Shown here in pieces: positions 28,748-38,651 of a DNA stretch of 64,000 nt. Each line of letters starts with the position of its first letter. Position 1 is the first letter of the stretch. Under the pieces are notes generated by a model. The model did not search any database. It worked only from the letters and a program-made list of their open reading frames with translations, and was not told where the DNA came from. The translations under genes were made by a program, and so were the position numbers. The stretch is from NCBI GenBank assembly GCA_044070495.1, contig JBIPSI010000001.1, forward strand, positions 228,665 to 292,664, in the 5' to 3' direction. The stretch is from Spirulina sp. GTDB lineage: Bacteria; Cyanobacteriota; Cyanobacteriia; Phormidesmidales; Phormidesmidaceae.

Positions 28748-29092
28748 GTAGGATGGGTTTGGGGCGTAACCCAATGCTGGTCAAGGCTTTGATGCGTTAC
28801 GGCCAAGCCGACCCCATTCTCCTGAAGATTCTACTGACCGCCTGAGTTGTGGTGACAAGCGCCACTCTAAAACCGAAACCCCAAGGATGCCAACGGGAAG
28901 CAGGATCGTCTTCCAAGGCACCCTTGGGGTTTTGCAGTGTAAGTGGGGCTAAGAACCTAACCCATCGACCCTGTAGATTGGCTGAACTAAAGTGCAGCCT
29001 ACCCTTGTCAAGGCTTTGGGGCTTGTTGGGTTCTGCTATCGCGCCACCCAACCTACGAGATACCAAGGCTTGTCGCCGTTAGTTAGTCAGCC
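28748..29092. repeat. Cluster of GTAG-REP pairs around a long hairpin (28876-28932)
   Basis: GTAGGATGGG..ACCCA at 28748; stem AAACCCCAAGG/CCTTGGGGTTT; REP at 29025-29056. Confidence 0.7.
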
Positions 29093-29111
29093 TAGGGGAG
29101 GGTGAAACCTT

Positions 29112-29792
29112 TTACTGGCGGCGGTTGATCAGAATGATGTAGTAGAGCAGGTTGAGGAAGGCGTAGAAGGCGGTGGCCACGTAGGTGAGGGCGGCGGCAC
29201 TGAGAACGGCCTTGGCCCCTTTGTTTTCTTCCCCTTGGAGGATGCCCAGTTCGTCGATTAGGCGGAGGGCGCGACCGGAGGCATCAAATTCTACGGGCAG
29301 GGTGACCACATGGAACAGCAGCACCGCCGCAAAGAAGAAGACGCCAAGCCAGGCTAGGTTGAGGAAGTTGAAAATTAGCCCCGCCATGATCAGCAGGGGG
29401 CCGATGCGAGACCCCAGGTTCACCGCTGGCACCAGGGCGGCGCGGAGATTCATGAACTTGTAGCCCTCTACATCTTGGAGAACGTGGCCGCATTCATGGG
29501 CAGCCACGGCGGCGGCGGCGAGGGAGGTGGAGTTATAGATACCCTGGGAGAGCCGAACGGCCTTGGCGCTGGGGTCGTAGTGGTCGGTGAGTTCGCCCGC
29601 GACGGGTTCGATGCGAATGCCGCTGACACCTTTTTTCATCAGGATAGTTTGGGCTACCTGGGCTCCGGTCATGCCCATGGTGGACTGGACTTCGGAATAG
29701 CGTCGATAGGTGCCCTTCACCTTGCTTTGGGCCAAGAACATCAGCGCCATGCCGGGAATCATCAGCAGGAAGTAGGTGGGATCGAAATACAT
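29112..29792 (-). CDS. Membrane zinc metallopeptidase (YugP/Zn_peptidase_2 family)
   Basis: LTDHYDP, AAHECGH (HExxH), TLPVEFDAS, AAALTYVA; start at MYFDPTY. Confidence 0.9.
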   Translation of the reverse strand: MYFDPTYFLLMIPGMALMFLAQSKVKGTYRRYSEVQSTMGMTGAQVAQTILMKKGVSGIRIEPVAGELTDHYDPSAKAVRLSQGIYNSTSLAAAAVAAHECGHVLQDVEGYKFMNLRAALVPAVNLGSRIGPLLIMAGLIFNFLNLAWLGVFFFAAVLLFHVVTLPVEFDASGRALRLIDELGILQGEENKGAKAVLSAAALTYVATAFYAFLNLLYYIILINRRQ

Positions 29793-30009
29793 AGGATGTG
29801 CTCTCAGAAGGGGGGAGAGGGGGGGGAGAGGGTGGACTGGGCGGAGAGGGGAAACCTTGGCCCACGAGACAGCCGTTATCGAAATCATCAAAATCATAAC
29901 AGCCCCCTTTGAAAGCGGGGATACCGCATTATCCAACCGATGTGGGAGTCTATCTACCCTTTACAATTTAGGCGGCGCAGCATCGCCTGTGCCCCCTGGG
30001 TAGGAGATC

Positions 30010-31077
30010 ATGGCCAACCGCATTAAATATCGTCGCTATGCTGAATGGACGATTGAGGAAAACTATCGACGATCCCGCCGCCATCTGATTCGAGGACTGG
30101 TGGCCTTGTTTTTGATTCTGCTGACCGGGGCGCTTTGGTACCGCTATATGGAGGGCTGGACTTGGATCGATGCCGTCTACATGTCGGTGATTACCCTGAC
30201 CACCGTGGGCTTTGGGGAAACCAACCCGCTGACGGCGCGGGGGCGGCTGTTCACCATGGTCTTTCTGTTGACTGGGGCGGGCGTGATTGCCTATATCCTC
30301 AATAGCTTCACAGAGTCCATCGTGCAGGGATATCTACAGGCAGGACTGCGACTACACAAACGACGGAGATATATGGAATCCCTCAGCGGTCACTATATTA
30401 TTTGCGGCTTTGGACGCACCGGACGCCAAATTGCCATGGAGTTTGCGGCGGAAAAGGTGCCGTTCGTGATTGTCGATTCCGACGATGCCTCGATTCAACT
30501 GGCCCAAGGGTTTAACTACGTGACCTTCCAGGGCGACGCCACCGAAGACCAGGTATTGCTGCAAGTGGGCATTGAGCGAGCACGATGCCTGGTGGCGGCC
30601 CTGCCCTCCGATGCCGAGAACCTCTATACGGTGCTTTCCGCCAAAACCCTCGCCCCCACCATTCGCACCATTGCCCGTGCCAGCAGCGAAGAGGCCATTC
30701 AAAAAATGGAGCGGGGTGGGGCCGATGTGGTGGTGTCGCCCTACATCAGCGGCGGCAAACGGATGGCGGCGGCGGCCCTGCGGCCCCAGGTGGTGGATTT
30801 CATCGACGGCATCCTCACCGGATCCGACCGCACCGTCTACGTGGAGGAATTTTTGCTGACGCCCACCACCTGCCCGATCATTGGCTGCACCCTAGGCGAG
30901 GCCCAACTGGGTAAAAAGTCGGGCGCGTTGCTGTTGGCCATTCGGCGGGCCGACAACCATCTGATCGTTGGCCCCAGCGCCGATACCCTACTTTGTCCGG
31001 GGGATCTGGTGATCAGCATGGGGGCTACCGAACAACTGCGCCGCCTCAGCCAAATCCTCAGCCCGATTAAGGCGTAA
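30010..31077 (+). CDS. Potassium channel protein (2TM pore + TrkA-N/TrkA-C RCK)
   Basis: TTVGFG selectivity filter, ICGFGRTG Rossmann motif, GDAT. Confidence 0.92.
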   Translation: MANRIKYRRYAEWTIEENYRRSRRHLIRGLVALFLILLTGALWYRYMEGWTWIDAVYMSVITLTTVGFGETNPLTARGRLFTMVFLLTGAGVIAYILNSFTESIVQGYLQAGLRLHKRRRYMESLSGHYIICGFGRTGRQIAMEFAAEKVPFVIVDSDDASIQLAQGFNYVTFQGDATEDQVLLQVGIERARCLVAALPSDAENLYTVLSAKTLAPTIRTIARASSEEAIQKMERGGADVVVSPYISGGKRMAAAALRPQVVDFIDGILTGSDRTVYVEEFLLTPTTCPIIGCTLGEAQLGKKSGALLLAIRRADNHLIVGPSADTLLCPGDLVISMGATEQLRRLSQILSPIKA

Positions 31078-31087
31078 GGGGATGAGT

Positions 31088-31110
31088 GGGCGAGGAAACC
31101 TCGCCCCTAC
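31088..31110. repeat. Single REP hairpin GGGCGAGGAAACCTCGCCCCTAC (related copy at 54997-55021)
   Basis: Hairpin ending CTAC between convergent genes. Confidence 0.7.
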
Positions 31111-31163
31111 CGAAGGTTGGACGGAGTGAGCGTCGGGGGTATGGGTTTTGGATTGGCTGGTGA

Positions 31164-32456
31164 CTAGGGTTTGTCCATGGAACGTTTGGGCCGAGATTGA
31201 CCTCGGCGCGACAGGTTAAAGGACTGGGAGACGGCCTTTTTGCGGGCGCTGGGTAGATTTTCAAGGGTGAATTCATCGGCCAATTCGCCCAGGGCTAGTT
31301 CCTCCTCCATCAGTGCTGCACTGGGGGGCATACAGGCCATGACGTCACGGGCATCGGCCAAGACCTCCCGCGCCGCCTCAAAATTCCCTTGGTCGGAGTA
31401 TTGCACCGCCTCACGACGGGCACGGGCCGCCATCAGCAGGGCCACCTGTTCCTGCACAGCGGCATTGGCCGGAAAGTCGCTGAACTGGTTGGCGTTGACT
31501 AGGGGTAGTTCCAAGCCAGCTCGCAACACCTGGCGAGTTTTTAGCTCAGGGTCGTCCCAGGCGAGGCGCACCTGCAACAGTTCGCTGGCTTGGCTAAGGG
31601 CGGGCACCTGCAACCGCACCACCACCTGAATCGGCGAACCCACCACCAAATTGGGCAGCTTGTAGCGGCGGGTGTGGGTCATATCCAAGTCGTTGAGAAC
31701 ATCCATGACGGTGACGCCGCTGCGGGGCTTGAGACCCAGACTTACCCGCTGGCCCAGGGTAGCTGCCAGCCCAGACAGTTCGGTTTCAAAAATGGCGGGC
31801 AGTTGGTCGGCGGATTCAATGTGGACAAAGTTGCCGTCGCCGCTGCGGGCCATGGCCATCAGCAGGTCTTCGCTGTAGTCGTCGCCGATGCCGAGGGTGG
31901 TGGTGCTAATGCCGCGCTGGGCCAACCCATGGACATCGCTGGCGATCCGATCTGCCCGCGTTTCGCCCACGTTGGCCAAGCCGTCGGAAATCAGAATCAC
32001 CCGATTCAGTTGGTCGGGGTTGAGGTAGTGGCCCACCTGCATTCCCCCTTCTACCCAGCCTGCATGGAGGGCGGTGCTGCCCCTGGAATGGACATGGCGC
32101 AACTTCTCCAGCAGGGGGGCTTTGTCGGTGGCGAGGGTGCTGGGCACCAGGGTTTCAATGCGGTCATCAAACAGCACCACGCTGATGCGGTCGCAGGGCA
32201 GCAAGTTTTCCACGGCAAAGCGGGCGGCTTCACGGGCGTAGTGCATCTTTTGCCCTTGCATGGAACCCGACCGATCCAGCACCAAGCTGAGGTTGAGGGG
32301 AACGCGGTCGGCCTCTAGGGTGAGGGTGGGGGGCGTGATGCGGATCAGCACATCGAGGGTGAGGGGCTGCTGGGTCACCATGGCCCCATGGAGCGGGATC
32401 AGTTCGATACGGGGCAGCGAGGACGGAGAAGACTGAGCGGATTTAGATGAATTCAT
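31164..32456 (-). CDS. von Willebrand factor A domain protein (YfbK/Ca-activated chloride channel homologue type)
   Basis: MIDAS DRSGSM, GSTAL, LISDGLANVG; GGAGG SD before MNSSKS. Confidence 0.88.
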   Translation of the reverse strand: MNSSKSAQSSPSSLPRIELIPLHGAMVTQQPLTLDVLIRITPPTLTLEADRVPLNLSLVLDRSGSMQGQKMHYAREAARFAVENLLPCDRISVVLFDDRIETLVPSTLATDKAPLLEKLRHVHSRGSTALHAGWVEGGMQVGHYLNPDQLNRVILISDGLANVGETRADRIASDVHGLAQRGISTTTLGIGDDYSEDLLMAMARSGDGNFVHIESADQLPAIFETELSGLAATLGQRVSLGLKPRSGVTVMDVLNDLDMTHTRRYKLPNLVVGSPIQVVVRLQVPALSQASELLQVRLAWDDPELKTRQVLRAGLELPLVNANQFSDFPANAAVQEQVALLMAARARREAVQYSDQGNFEAAREVLADARDVMACMPPSAALMEEELALGELADEFTLENLPSARKKAVSQSFNLSRRGQSRPKRSMDKP

Positions 32457-32474
32457 GGCGACCTCCAAAGGGCG

Positions 32475-33116
32475 CTAGGGTGGATTGAGGTTGGCAAGGT
32501 GATCAACGATGATTTGGGCGAGGCGATCTCGCTCGTGGGCGGTAGTGGGCAGCGTCACATCGTGGCGGATGTGCAGTTCCAATCCGTCCAGAATCGGTAG
32601 ACGAGTCCAGGTTTCGTGGGAGGACGGGGTCGGCGATGGCGGTGCCGCCATGGGAGACGGAGCCTCCATTGCCACGGGGTTAACGACGGAGGACGACCGA
32701 TCTAAGGATTCCCCCCGATGGCGAATTTGGGACAAAAAAGCCAGGGCCGGATTCGCCGCCTCCACGGTAAGTTGCACCCCGCCTTGCAGCATGTTTTCCA
32801 GGGCAGAATTGGGCTGGCCGCTAATCAACCCGCCGATGGAACTGGCGCTGTAGCCCTCCGCCAGCAACCGACGCAGCACCAGCAGTTGCAGAAGATGCCG
32901 ATAGGTGTATCGGGCCTCCCGTCCCTGCTTGAGGGGCCGATCTAGCCAGCCTTGGGTCGTATAGTGGCGCACCAGCCGAGGATTCACCGCCTCCTGTCCG
33001 CGACCGCTAGCAGGCGCATCGGGCAAAAATTGGGGAAGTAGGTCGTTGACCACCTCAACGAAGCGGTCTAGAACCATCTCAGGCTGTTGCTGGGCGATTT
33101 GCTGCAACATGCTCAT
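32475..33116 (-). CDS. MerR-like HTH DNA-binding protein
   Basis: RLVRHYTTQGWLDRP..GREARYTYRHLLQL..LRRL..EGY winged HTH; C-terminal WTRLPILDGLELHIR. Confidence 0.8.
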   Translation of the reverse strand: MSMLQQIAQQQPEMVLDRFVEVVNDLLPQFLPDAPASGRGQEAVNPRLVRHYTTQGWLDRPLKQGREARYTYRHLLQLLVLRRLLAEGYSASSIGGLISGQPNSALENMLQGGVQLTVEAANPALAFLSQIRHRGESLDRSSSVVNPVAMEAPSPMAAPPSPTPSSHETWTRLPILDGLELHIRHDVTLPTTAHERDRLAQIIVDHLANLNPP

Positions 33117-33122
33117 GGGTTT

Positions 33123-33152
33123 ATCTTAGATTATTACAACTTAAGTTGTCAA
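33123..33152 (-). promoter_or_regulatory. Sigma70 promoter with overlapping palindromic operator; probably leaderless transcript
   Basis: -35 TTGACA (33152-33147), 18-bp spacer, -10 TAAGAT (33128-33123) 6 nt before ATG; perfect 14-bp palindrome ACAACTTAAGTTGT (33136-33149). Confidence 0.75.
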
Positions 33153-33210
33153 TGACATATTCTATTGCAAGCTTTGGGTTTGGCTTGGTGCTTATGGTTT
33201 TTGTGGGGGT

Positions 33211-33274
33211 AGGTTGGGAGGTTGGGAGGTTGGAAGGTTGGAACGTTAGACCGTTAGACCGTTAGAACGTTGGA
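33211..33274. repeat. Degenerate octamer tandem repeat (AGGTTGGG/AGGTTGGA/CCGTTAGA) overlapping a gene end
   Basis: About 8 units with 8-bp period. Confidence 0.75.
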
Positions 33275-35198
33275 TGGAGAGAATGACTTGCCCCTGGTTG
33301 GTGTCGGGGTTGGTGTCGATGAAAAAGGCGCGTAGCAGGGCCGAGTTTTCGACGGTGAGGGTGAGGGTGTCGGTGTAGCCGTTGAGGGTGGCCCAGAGGG
33401 AAGGGGTGGGAACCGGGTTTTTGGGGGTTGTGATCGGCCCGCCGTCTATCCCAAGTAGGGCTAGGGGTTCGCCCGGTTGGGTGGGGTCGCCATAGCTGAA
33501 CTGCCCTCGCTGGATGCGAACCAGATAGGTGCCGGAGGAGAGGGTGTGGGTGGCGGCGACTTGAGTGAGGGCGTTGTATTGGGCTTCATCCCAGGGCATC
33601 CGATGGTGGTTGGGGTGGAGGGTTAGGAGGGCTGGGGACGTTTGGGCGGGGGTGCTTTCTGCTGAGGAGGGCGCTGAAGAGAGGGAAAGGGCGACGGTCT
33701 GAACGCCGAGGGCTGGGGATGCTGTCCTGGACATTGCGCTGGCCTGGTTCTCGGATCGATCTGAATCCGTCGCGCAGGCGGGTACCCGGACTGGGGCCGA
33801 CTTGGCTAGGGGGAGCCAGTGGTTTTCTTGGCTCACGTAGCCCAGTTCCGCCTGGTAGTCTCGGTCGTCGGTGGGGATGGGGATGTGTAAATCCTGCTGT
33901 TCCTCGGTGACGGGAAATTGGTCGATGCGGGCGGGGGGATGGCGTTCGACATCGCGGTTCGTCACATCCAGAAGGCGCAGCATGAGGGTGCGTCCACCCC
34001 GTTCTCGCTGCTGGGCGCGGAATTCGTCGGGGATTTCCCAATAGGCATAGGCCCGACGACAGTGGCGGGGGACGAGCACCAGGCGACCAACGGCTTCCTC
34101 GGCGGCGGCCACAGCGATGGGGGAGGCCGTTGCTGCGGGCTTTTCCTGCGTCCTCAACAGCCACCAGAGCAGCCCCCCCAGCAGGGGGATAGCCAACAGC
34201 CAACCCCAGGATTGCCCCTGTCTACCCCAGGAACGGGGTTGGAGGGGGGTAACTTCAGACATAACGGGTTGGGGAACAGCCGCGAGGGGCGATACAGGGG
34301 CGATAGCGACGGAATCAACGGTGGCTAGATCGGCGGGGGAGTCTGTGAGGTTGGCCGGGGTATTGACCACCCCCAAAAAGGCTAGGGCGGTAGGGCTAGG
34401 GTTGCGACTGTTGTAGACATACACTCGCGGCTGGGAGTAGGGGTAGCGGGCATCGGTGGGGAGAACGCCATCGACGGTGAGCAGGCGCAGGTCATCCCGA
34501 CCTTGCACCTGGGAGACTACGGCATAGCCGATACCATCATTGCCTAGGGCGGCGACCACGGCCTCGGTGCTGTCTTCGGCCACAGGGGCAACGGTGGGGC
34601 CAGGGGTTAGCCCCCGATCTGAAAAGGCCGGATAGCTGCCTAGGGCCTGGCGGGTGTCGCTGCTGGCGGGCCGATCCACAAACCGCAGGGGCAGATCCGG
34701 CCCCCCCACGGCGGTCCAGTTGTTGATCTCGCCATAGAACATCTGGGCCAGTTGGTCTGGGGTGAGATCGCCGCTGAAGGCATTGCCTGTCCCTACGATC
34801 AGGGCAATTTTTTCGCGGCTGATGGGTACCTCCACCAAGCCCTGGCCCCGTTCCGCTTCGGTGAGGCGACGGCCAATGGCAGCGAGGTCAAGGGTGCCCT
34901 GGCGCAGTTTTTCGAGGGCGGCCTCGGTGTCGCTGGTGGTCACCTGAATCGCGAGATTGGGGTAGCGATCCACCATCCGCTGCCGAAACACCTCATTACT
35001 CACCGCCATGGCGGAGGATCCCTCCAGGAACAAGGCGGCGTTGGCCGGAAGTTGGTCTGGAATGGTAAACACCGGGGCCTCTAGGGTTTCCTCGGCCAGG
35101 GCTAGCCGTTGTTCCCCAACCATCTCCAGAGTGCTGCCAAAGACAGCAACCCCAAGGGCAAGGGTAGAGAGGGCAAGGGTAGATCGCAGGGGAACCAT
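33246..35198 (-). CDS. PstS-like substrate-binding domain + TM + DUF4912 + C-terminal beta domain
   Basis: Signal peptide, GSSAM, DLAAIGRRL, NWTAVGG, SDTRQAL; TM WLLAIPLLGGLLWW; DUF4912 AYAYWEI...YQAELGY...WLPLAKS. Confidence 0.8.
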   Translation of the reverse strand: MVPLRSTLALSTLALGVAVFGSTLEMVGEQRLALAEETLEAPVFTIPDQLPANAALFLEGSSAMAVSNEVFRQRMVDRYPNLAIQVTTSDTEAALEKLRQGTLDLAAIGRRLTEAERGQGLVEVPISREKIALIVGTGNAFSGDLTPDQLAQMFYGEINNWTAVGGPDLPLRFVDRPASSDTRQALGSYPAFSDRGLTPGPTVAPVAEDSTEAVVAALGNDGIGYAVVSQVQGRDDLRLLTVDGVLPTDARYPYSQPRVYVYNSRNPSPTALAFLGVVNTPANLTDSPADLATVDSVAIAPVSPLAAVPQPVMSEVTPLQPRSWGRQGQSWGWLLAIPLLGGLLWWLLRTQEKPAATASPIAVAAAEEAVGRLVLVPRHCRRAYAYWEIPDEFRAQQRERGGRTLMLRLLDVTNRDVERHPPARIDQFPVTEEQQDLHIPIPTDDRDYQAELGYVSQENHWLPLAKSAPVRVPACATDSDRSENQASAMSRTASPALGVQTVALSLSSAPSSAESTPAQTSPALLTLHPNHHRMPWDEAQYNALTQVAATHTLSSGTYLVRIQRGQFSYGDPTQPGEPLALLGIDGGPITTPKNPVPTPSLWATLNGYTDTLTLTVENSALLRAFFIDTNPDTNQGQVILSIQRSNGLTV

Positions 35199-35320
35199 GG
35201 GTAGCAATCGGGAAGAACAAAGGGCCTAGAACAATAACGAGATCCGAAACAAGAGGTCTGACAGAAGACGACATCACGCTGGAGCGATTTCAGCCAGGGA
35301 AACAGGGGGCCGTCGTGGCC

Positions 35321-35746
35321 CTAGGACCGCAGAATCGATACCCTCAGTCCATCGCCAGCGGAGGCAGGATTGTCTAGGGTTGGCGGCAACAGGGCACAGA
35401 GGGTAGCGGCTTCCAGCACCTCCAAAACCAGGCTATCTCCGTAGCCTTGCAGGGAAGCCCAGGTGGCGTTCACGGGAACCTGGGTACGCTGGTTAACCAC
35501 GCGCCCACCATAGATCCAGAGGATAACCGCTGACTCGGCCAACCCAGTCGTGGCCGAGTCCGCCTGGGTTTCCGAGGGCGGCTGAAGGGTAATGACATGA
35601 CGGCCAGGCTCCAGGGGCATTGAGGCTCCCCGTTGCTGAAGCGCGTCCATCTGTTCAGCGCTAAGCCTCAGGCAATGCTGCCGACTGTCCACCGTGAGTT
35701 CTGTCACACCCTGATCGACCATTGCCCCTGCGCCTCCAGACCGCAC
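35321..35746 (-). CDS. Hypothetical protein homologous to the C-terminal domain of the downstream gene
   Basis: WIYGG..VPVNATWASLQGYGDSLVLEV aligns by eye with GIDGG..VPTPSLWATLNGYTDTLTLTV. Confidence 0.75.
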   Translation of the reverse strand: MRSGGAGAMVDQGVTELTVDSRQHCLRLSAEQMDALQQRGASMPLEPGRHVITLQPPSETQADSATTGLAESAVILWIYGGRVVNQRTQVPVNATWASLQGYGDSLVLEVLEAATLCALLPPTLDNPASAGDGLRVSILRS

Positions 35747-36033
35747 CTAGATTCATCGCTAGCCTACCCTCCAAGGACAGCCCCTCAGCCGAGGCCAGAC
35801 TAGCAATCCAGATAAACAGTACCGGAAAACTTACGGCTCCAAGGGCCCATCTGACCAGCGGTAGAATTTCTTAATCTTTTCCGTCCTGATTGGGTTTCCA
35901 GGATCCCCTCTGCCCAGGCTGGGCTTAGTCTCTTTAAGCTCGATTCCAGGGGTAGAATCCGTCCCTTCGGTGAGCAAGGATGTCAGAATAACGAAGACTG
36001 ACGTTGTATTCCTTGTTTATCTTCCTTTGACCC

Positions 36034-36753
36034 ATGGCGGACGAGCAGATTAGTTTATTTTCCCTGGATGATGTGGCTGCTACGCCCAGCGATCAGGCTT
36101 CCACAGCTCCCACAAATCCCACGGACTACGATGCCATCCCCACCTCATCGGCGGCCATTCTCCCAGGCACCTACGCCACCCTGGAGGACTTGGCTACCCA
36201 CTGCCACGCTTGCCAACGTTGCGATTTGGCCCCTACGCGCACCAACGTGGTGGTGAGTCGGGGTAGCGCCACGGCCCCAGTGTTCATCATTGGCGAGGGG
36301 CCAGGGCAACAGGAGGACGAACAGGGCAAGCCCTTTGTGGGGCGTTCGGGCCAACTGCTAGAGCAAATTCTGGCCTCGGTGCGGTTAGACAGCGAGCGGG
36401 ATGTGTACATCGGCAACATTGTGAAATGTCGCCCCCCCGGCAACCGCGTGCCCACCCCCAGTGAAGTGGCGGCCTGCAAGGGCTATTTATTAGAGCAAAT
36501 TCGCCTCGTCGATCCCAAGATCATCCTGCTCACCGGGGCCACCGCCGTGCGCGGTATCCTGGGTATCAAAGACGGCATTACCAAAATTCGGGGTCAGTGG
36601 TTTGAGTGGGAGGGGCGACTCTGTATGCCCATCTTCCATCCGGCCTATCTGCTTCGCAATCCCTCGCGGGAGAAAGGCAGTCCCAAATGGCTGATGTGGC
36701 AAGACATTCAGACGGTGAAAGCCAAGCTAGAGGAACTCATCCCCGGTGAATAA
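36034..36753 (+). CDS. Uracil-DNA glycosylase family 4 (4Fe-4S)
   Basis: CQRCDL, GEGPG..EDEQGKPFVGRSG, VKCRPP, HPAYLLR. Confidence 0.93.
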   Translation: MADEQISLFSLDDVAATPSDQASTAPTNPTDYDAIPTSSAAILPGTYATLEDLATHCHACQRCDLAPTRTNVVVSRGSATAPVFIIGEGPGQQEDEQGKPFVGRSGQLLEQILASVRLDSERDVYIGNIVKCRPPGNRVPTPSEVAACKGYLLEQIRLVDPKIILLTGATAVRGILGIKDGITKIRGQWFEWEGRLCMPIFHPAYLLRNPSREKGSPKWLMWQDIQTVKAKLEELIPGE

Positions 36754-37972
36754 TACTCCCCCGCCCACTGCAACCCAGTCCACCCCCATTTTGTGGGCAC
36801 AGGTGGGCGGATTGGCCCTAGTTCAGGGATCCATCACCCTCTGTTGGGTAGTCTACAACCTCTACCTAGGAGCCTTGCTAACGGGGTTGGGCTTTCCCCA
36901 GGCTTGGGCAGCGACGATTCTGGTGATCGAAAACCTGCTGGGCATCGTGATGGAACCCCTAATGGGCACCTTCTCCGATCGGCAGCAGCACCTGATGGGC
37001 ACCCGTTTTCCGCTGATTGCCCTGGGTGTTGTTCTTTCGGCGGGGCTGTTTTTTCTCATTCCCACGGCGCTGATCTGGGGGCAAAATGCGGTGCTGCGGT
37101 GGCTGCTGCCGCTGTTGCTGGTGGCCTGGGCCACGGCGATGACGATGTTTCGCAGTCCGGCCCTGTCGCTGTTGGGGCGCTATGCCTTTCGCACCAAGCT
37201 ACCCCAAGCCACCAGCCTGCTAACCCTGGTTGGCGGCCTCGCTGGAGCTTTAGGCCCCTTTAGCAGCCAGTGGATTTTAAGCCTGGGGCCAGGGGTGGCC
37301 TTTACGGTGGGGTCGCTGGTGCTGCTGGGGGCCATGCTGGCTCTGCGGCGGGTGGGGCCAAACCAGACCGTATCTTCCCCTAAACCGTCGGATGCCATCA
37401 CCCAGGCCGAATCCACCCTCTCCATCCCCAGGTTGGCCTTGGTCTTTGGCACGGGGGTCGGCGTCAGCCTCGGCTTTCGGATGATGCTGACCACCCTCCC
37501 CGCCATCCTCAAACAGCAGGTACCCAACGCCAACGTGCCCCTCACCATGGGCCTGGTTTTCCTGGCGCTAGCTTCAACCGCCCTACCTGCGGGCACCCTG
37601 GCCACCCGCCTAGGCAACCGTCGCGCCATGATTTCTGGGCTAGCCCTGCTCACCCTCCTCGCGGCTGGGATGCTCGCGGTTCACAATACGGCCATGGGCC
37701 TAGCCATCGCGGTTTGCTTTGGCGGTGCCTTTAGCCTAGTGGCCAATGGCACCATGCCCTTTGCCCTATCGATGGTGCCCTTCACCAAGGCCGGACTAGG
37801 TACCGGAATTTACTTCAGTGGCGGTGCCCTCGCCATGAGCCTGTGGGGATTGCTGCTGGGCGGCGGCACCCTCTCACCCGGATGGAGCGCCCTCCTCGCC
37901 GCTGCGGCCTTTTTATTGGCGGGGCTATGCGTGGGCGGCAGTCAGAAAATCACCCTACACGGTCGACCCTAG
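36746..37972 (+). CDS. MFS transporter
   Basis: About 12 hydrophobic segments; GTFSDR and GTLATRLGNRR loop motifs. Confidence 0.85.
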   Translation: MNNTPPPTATQSTPILWAQVGGLALVQGSITLCWVVYNLYLGALLTGLGFPQAWAATILVIENLLGIVMEPLMGTFSDRQQHLMGTRFPLIALGVVLSAGLFFLIPTALIWGQNAVLRWLLPLLLVAWATAMTMFRSPALSLLGRYAFRTKLPQATSLLTLVGGLAGALGPFSSQWILSLGPGVAFTVGSLVLLGAMLALRRVGPNQTVSSPKPSDAITQAESTLSIPRLALVFGTGVGVSLGFRMMLTTLPAILKQQVPNANVPLTMGLVFLALASTALPAGTLATRLGNRRAMISGLALLTLLAAGMLAVHNTAMGLAIAVCFGGAFSLVANGTMPFALSMVPFTKAGLGTGIYFSGGALAMSLWGLLLGGGTLSPGWSALLAAAAFLLAGLCVGGSQKITLHGRP

Positions 37973-38166
37973 GCCCTCAAAGCCCCTGCCTAGGGCAAGG
38001 CTAGAGACCACGATATCCTCGATGGGCTTAGCCTGAAAATTGACAATCATCAATTGATTGGCGAGCCAAAACCTCGCCAATGTCCATCTTTGTTAACAAA
38101 AATTTGCAGGAATGCGAAGGGCTTGTTACATTGCAGGGGATGACTATTCTTCACTCCCTCCTCACC

Positions 38167-38541
38167 ATGAACTTGTTTCGCTGGTTTCCCAAGCCTGCTC
38201 CACTGCGGCCCGAATCTCGCGTCTACGACCTGAAGGAACGCCTAGACTGGGGAGAGCCTGCCCTCTCCATCCTGGATATCCGCGACCGGGCCGACTTTAG
38301 CACTAGCCATATCACGGGGGCTATTTCTATCCCAGTTCATCAGATGCTCGAAACAGCCCAGCGCTGCTTTGAATACGACCGCGACCTTTACCTCTACGGC
38401 AACACCGATGAGGAATCTAAGGCCGCTGCCGATCAACTGCGGTCCGCTGGATACACCTCGGTTTCCATTCTGCGGGGTGGGGTCGCCGCCTGGAAAGCCG
38501 CTGGCTTCCCGGTGGAAAGCATCCCCCAAATGGCCTGCTAA
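38167..38541 (+). CDS. Rhodanese-like domain protein (no catalytic Cys evident)
   Basis: ILDIR, HITGA, LRGGVAAWK; active-loop position reads LYGNT. Confidence 0.85.
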   Translation: MNLFRWFPKPAPLRPESRVYDLKERLDWGEPALSILDIRDRADFSTSHITGAISIPVHQMLETAQRCFEYDRDLYLYGNTDEESKAAADQLRSAGYTSVSILRGGVAAWKAAGFPVESIPQMAC

Positions 38542-38597
38542 CCTGGATCATCTACAAATGTTGTTGCTGCGGCTAGCAACATTCTGGACGATTCCCC

Positions 38598-38625
38598 AAA
38601 AACCCCCTGCACAAGGGGGATTTTT
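38598..38625 (+). terminator. Intrinsic terminator
   Basis: CCCCCT-GCACA-AGGGGG stem, T-run after, A-run before. Confidence 0.7.
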
Positions 38626-38651
38626 ATTCTTCGGATCATCTGGAAACAGAG

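Noticed and set aside
25970..29092. Prophage or integrative element
   Set aside because: No integrase, tRNA target, att repeats or phage genes; only a composition shift
32475..33116. This MerR-like protein as the regulator of copZ-copA
   Set aside because: No metal-binding cysteines, and its own promoter carries a different palindrome
33246..35198. pstS of a phosphate ABC transporter
   Set aside because: No pstCAB nearby, and the domain is fused to TM + DUF4912
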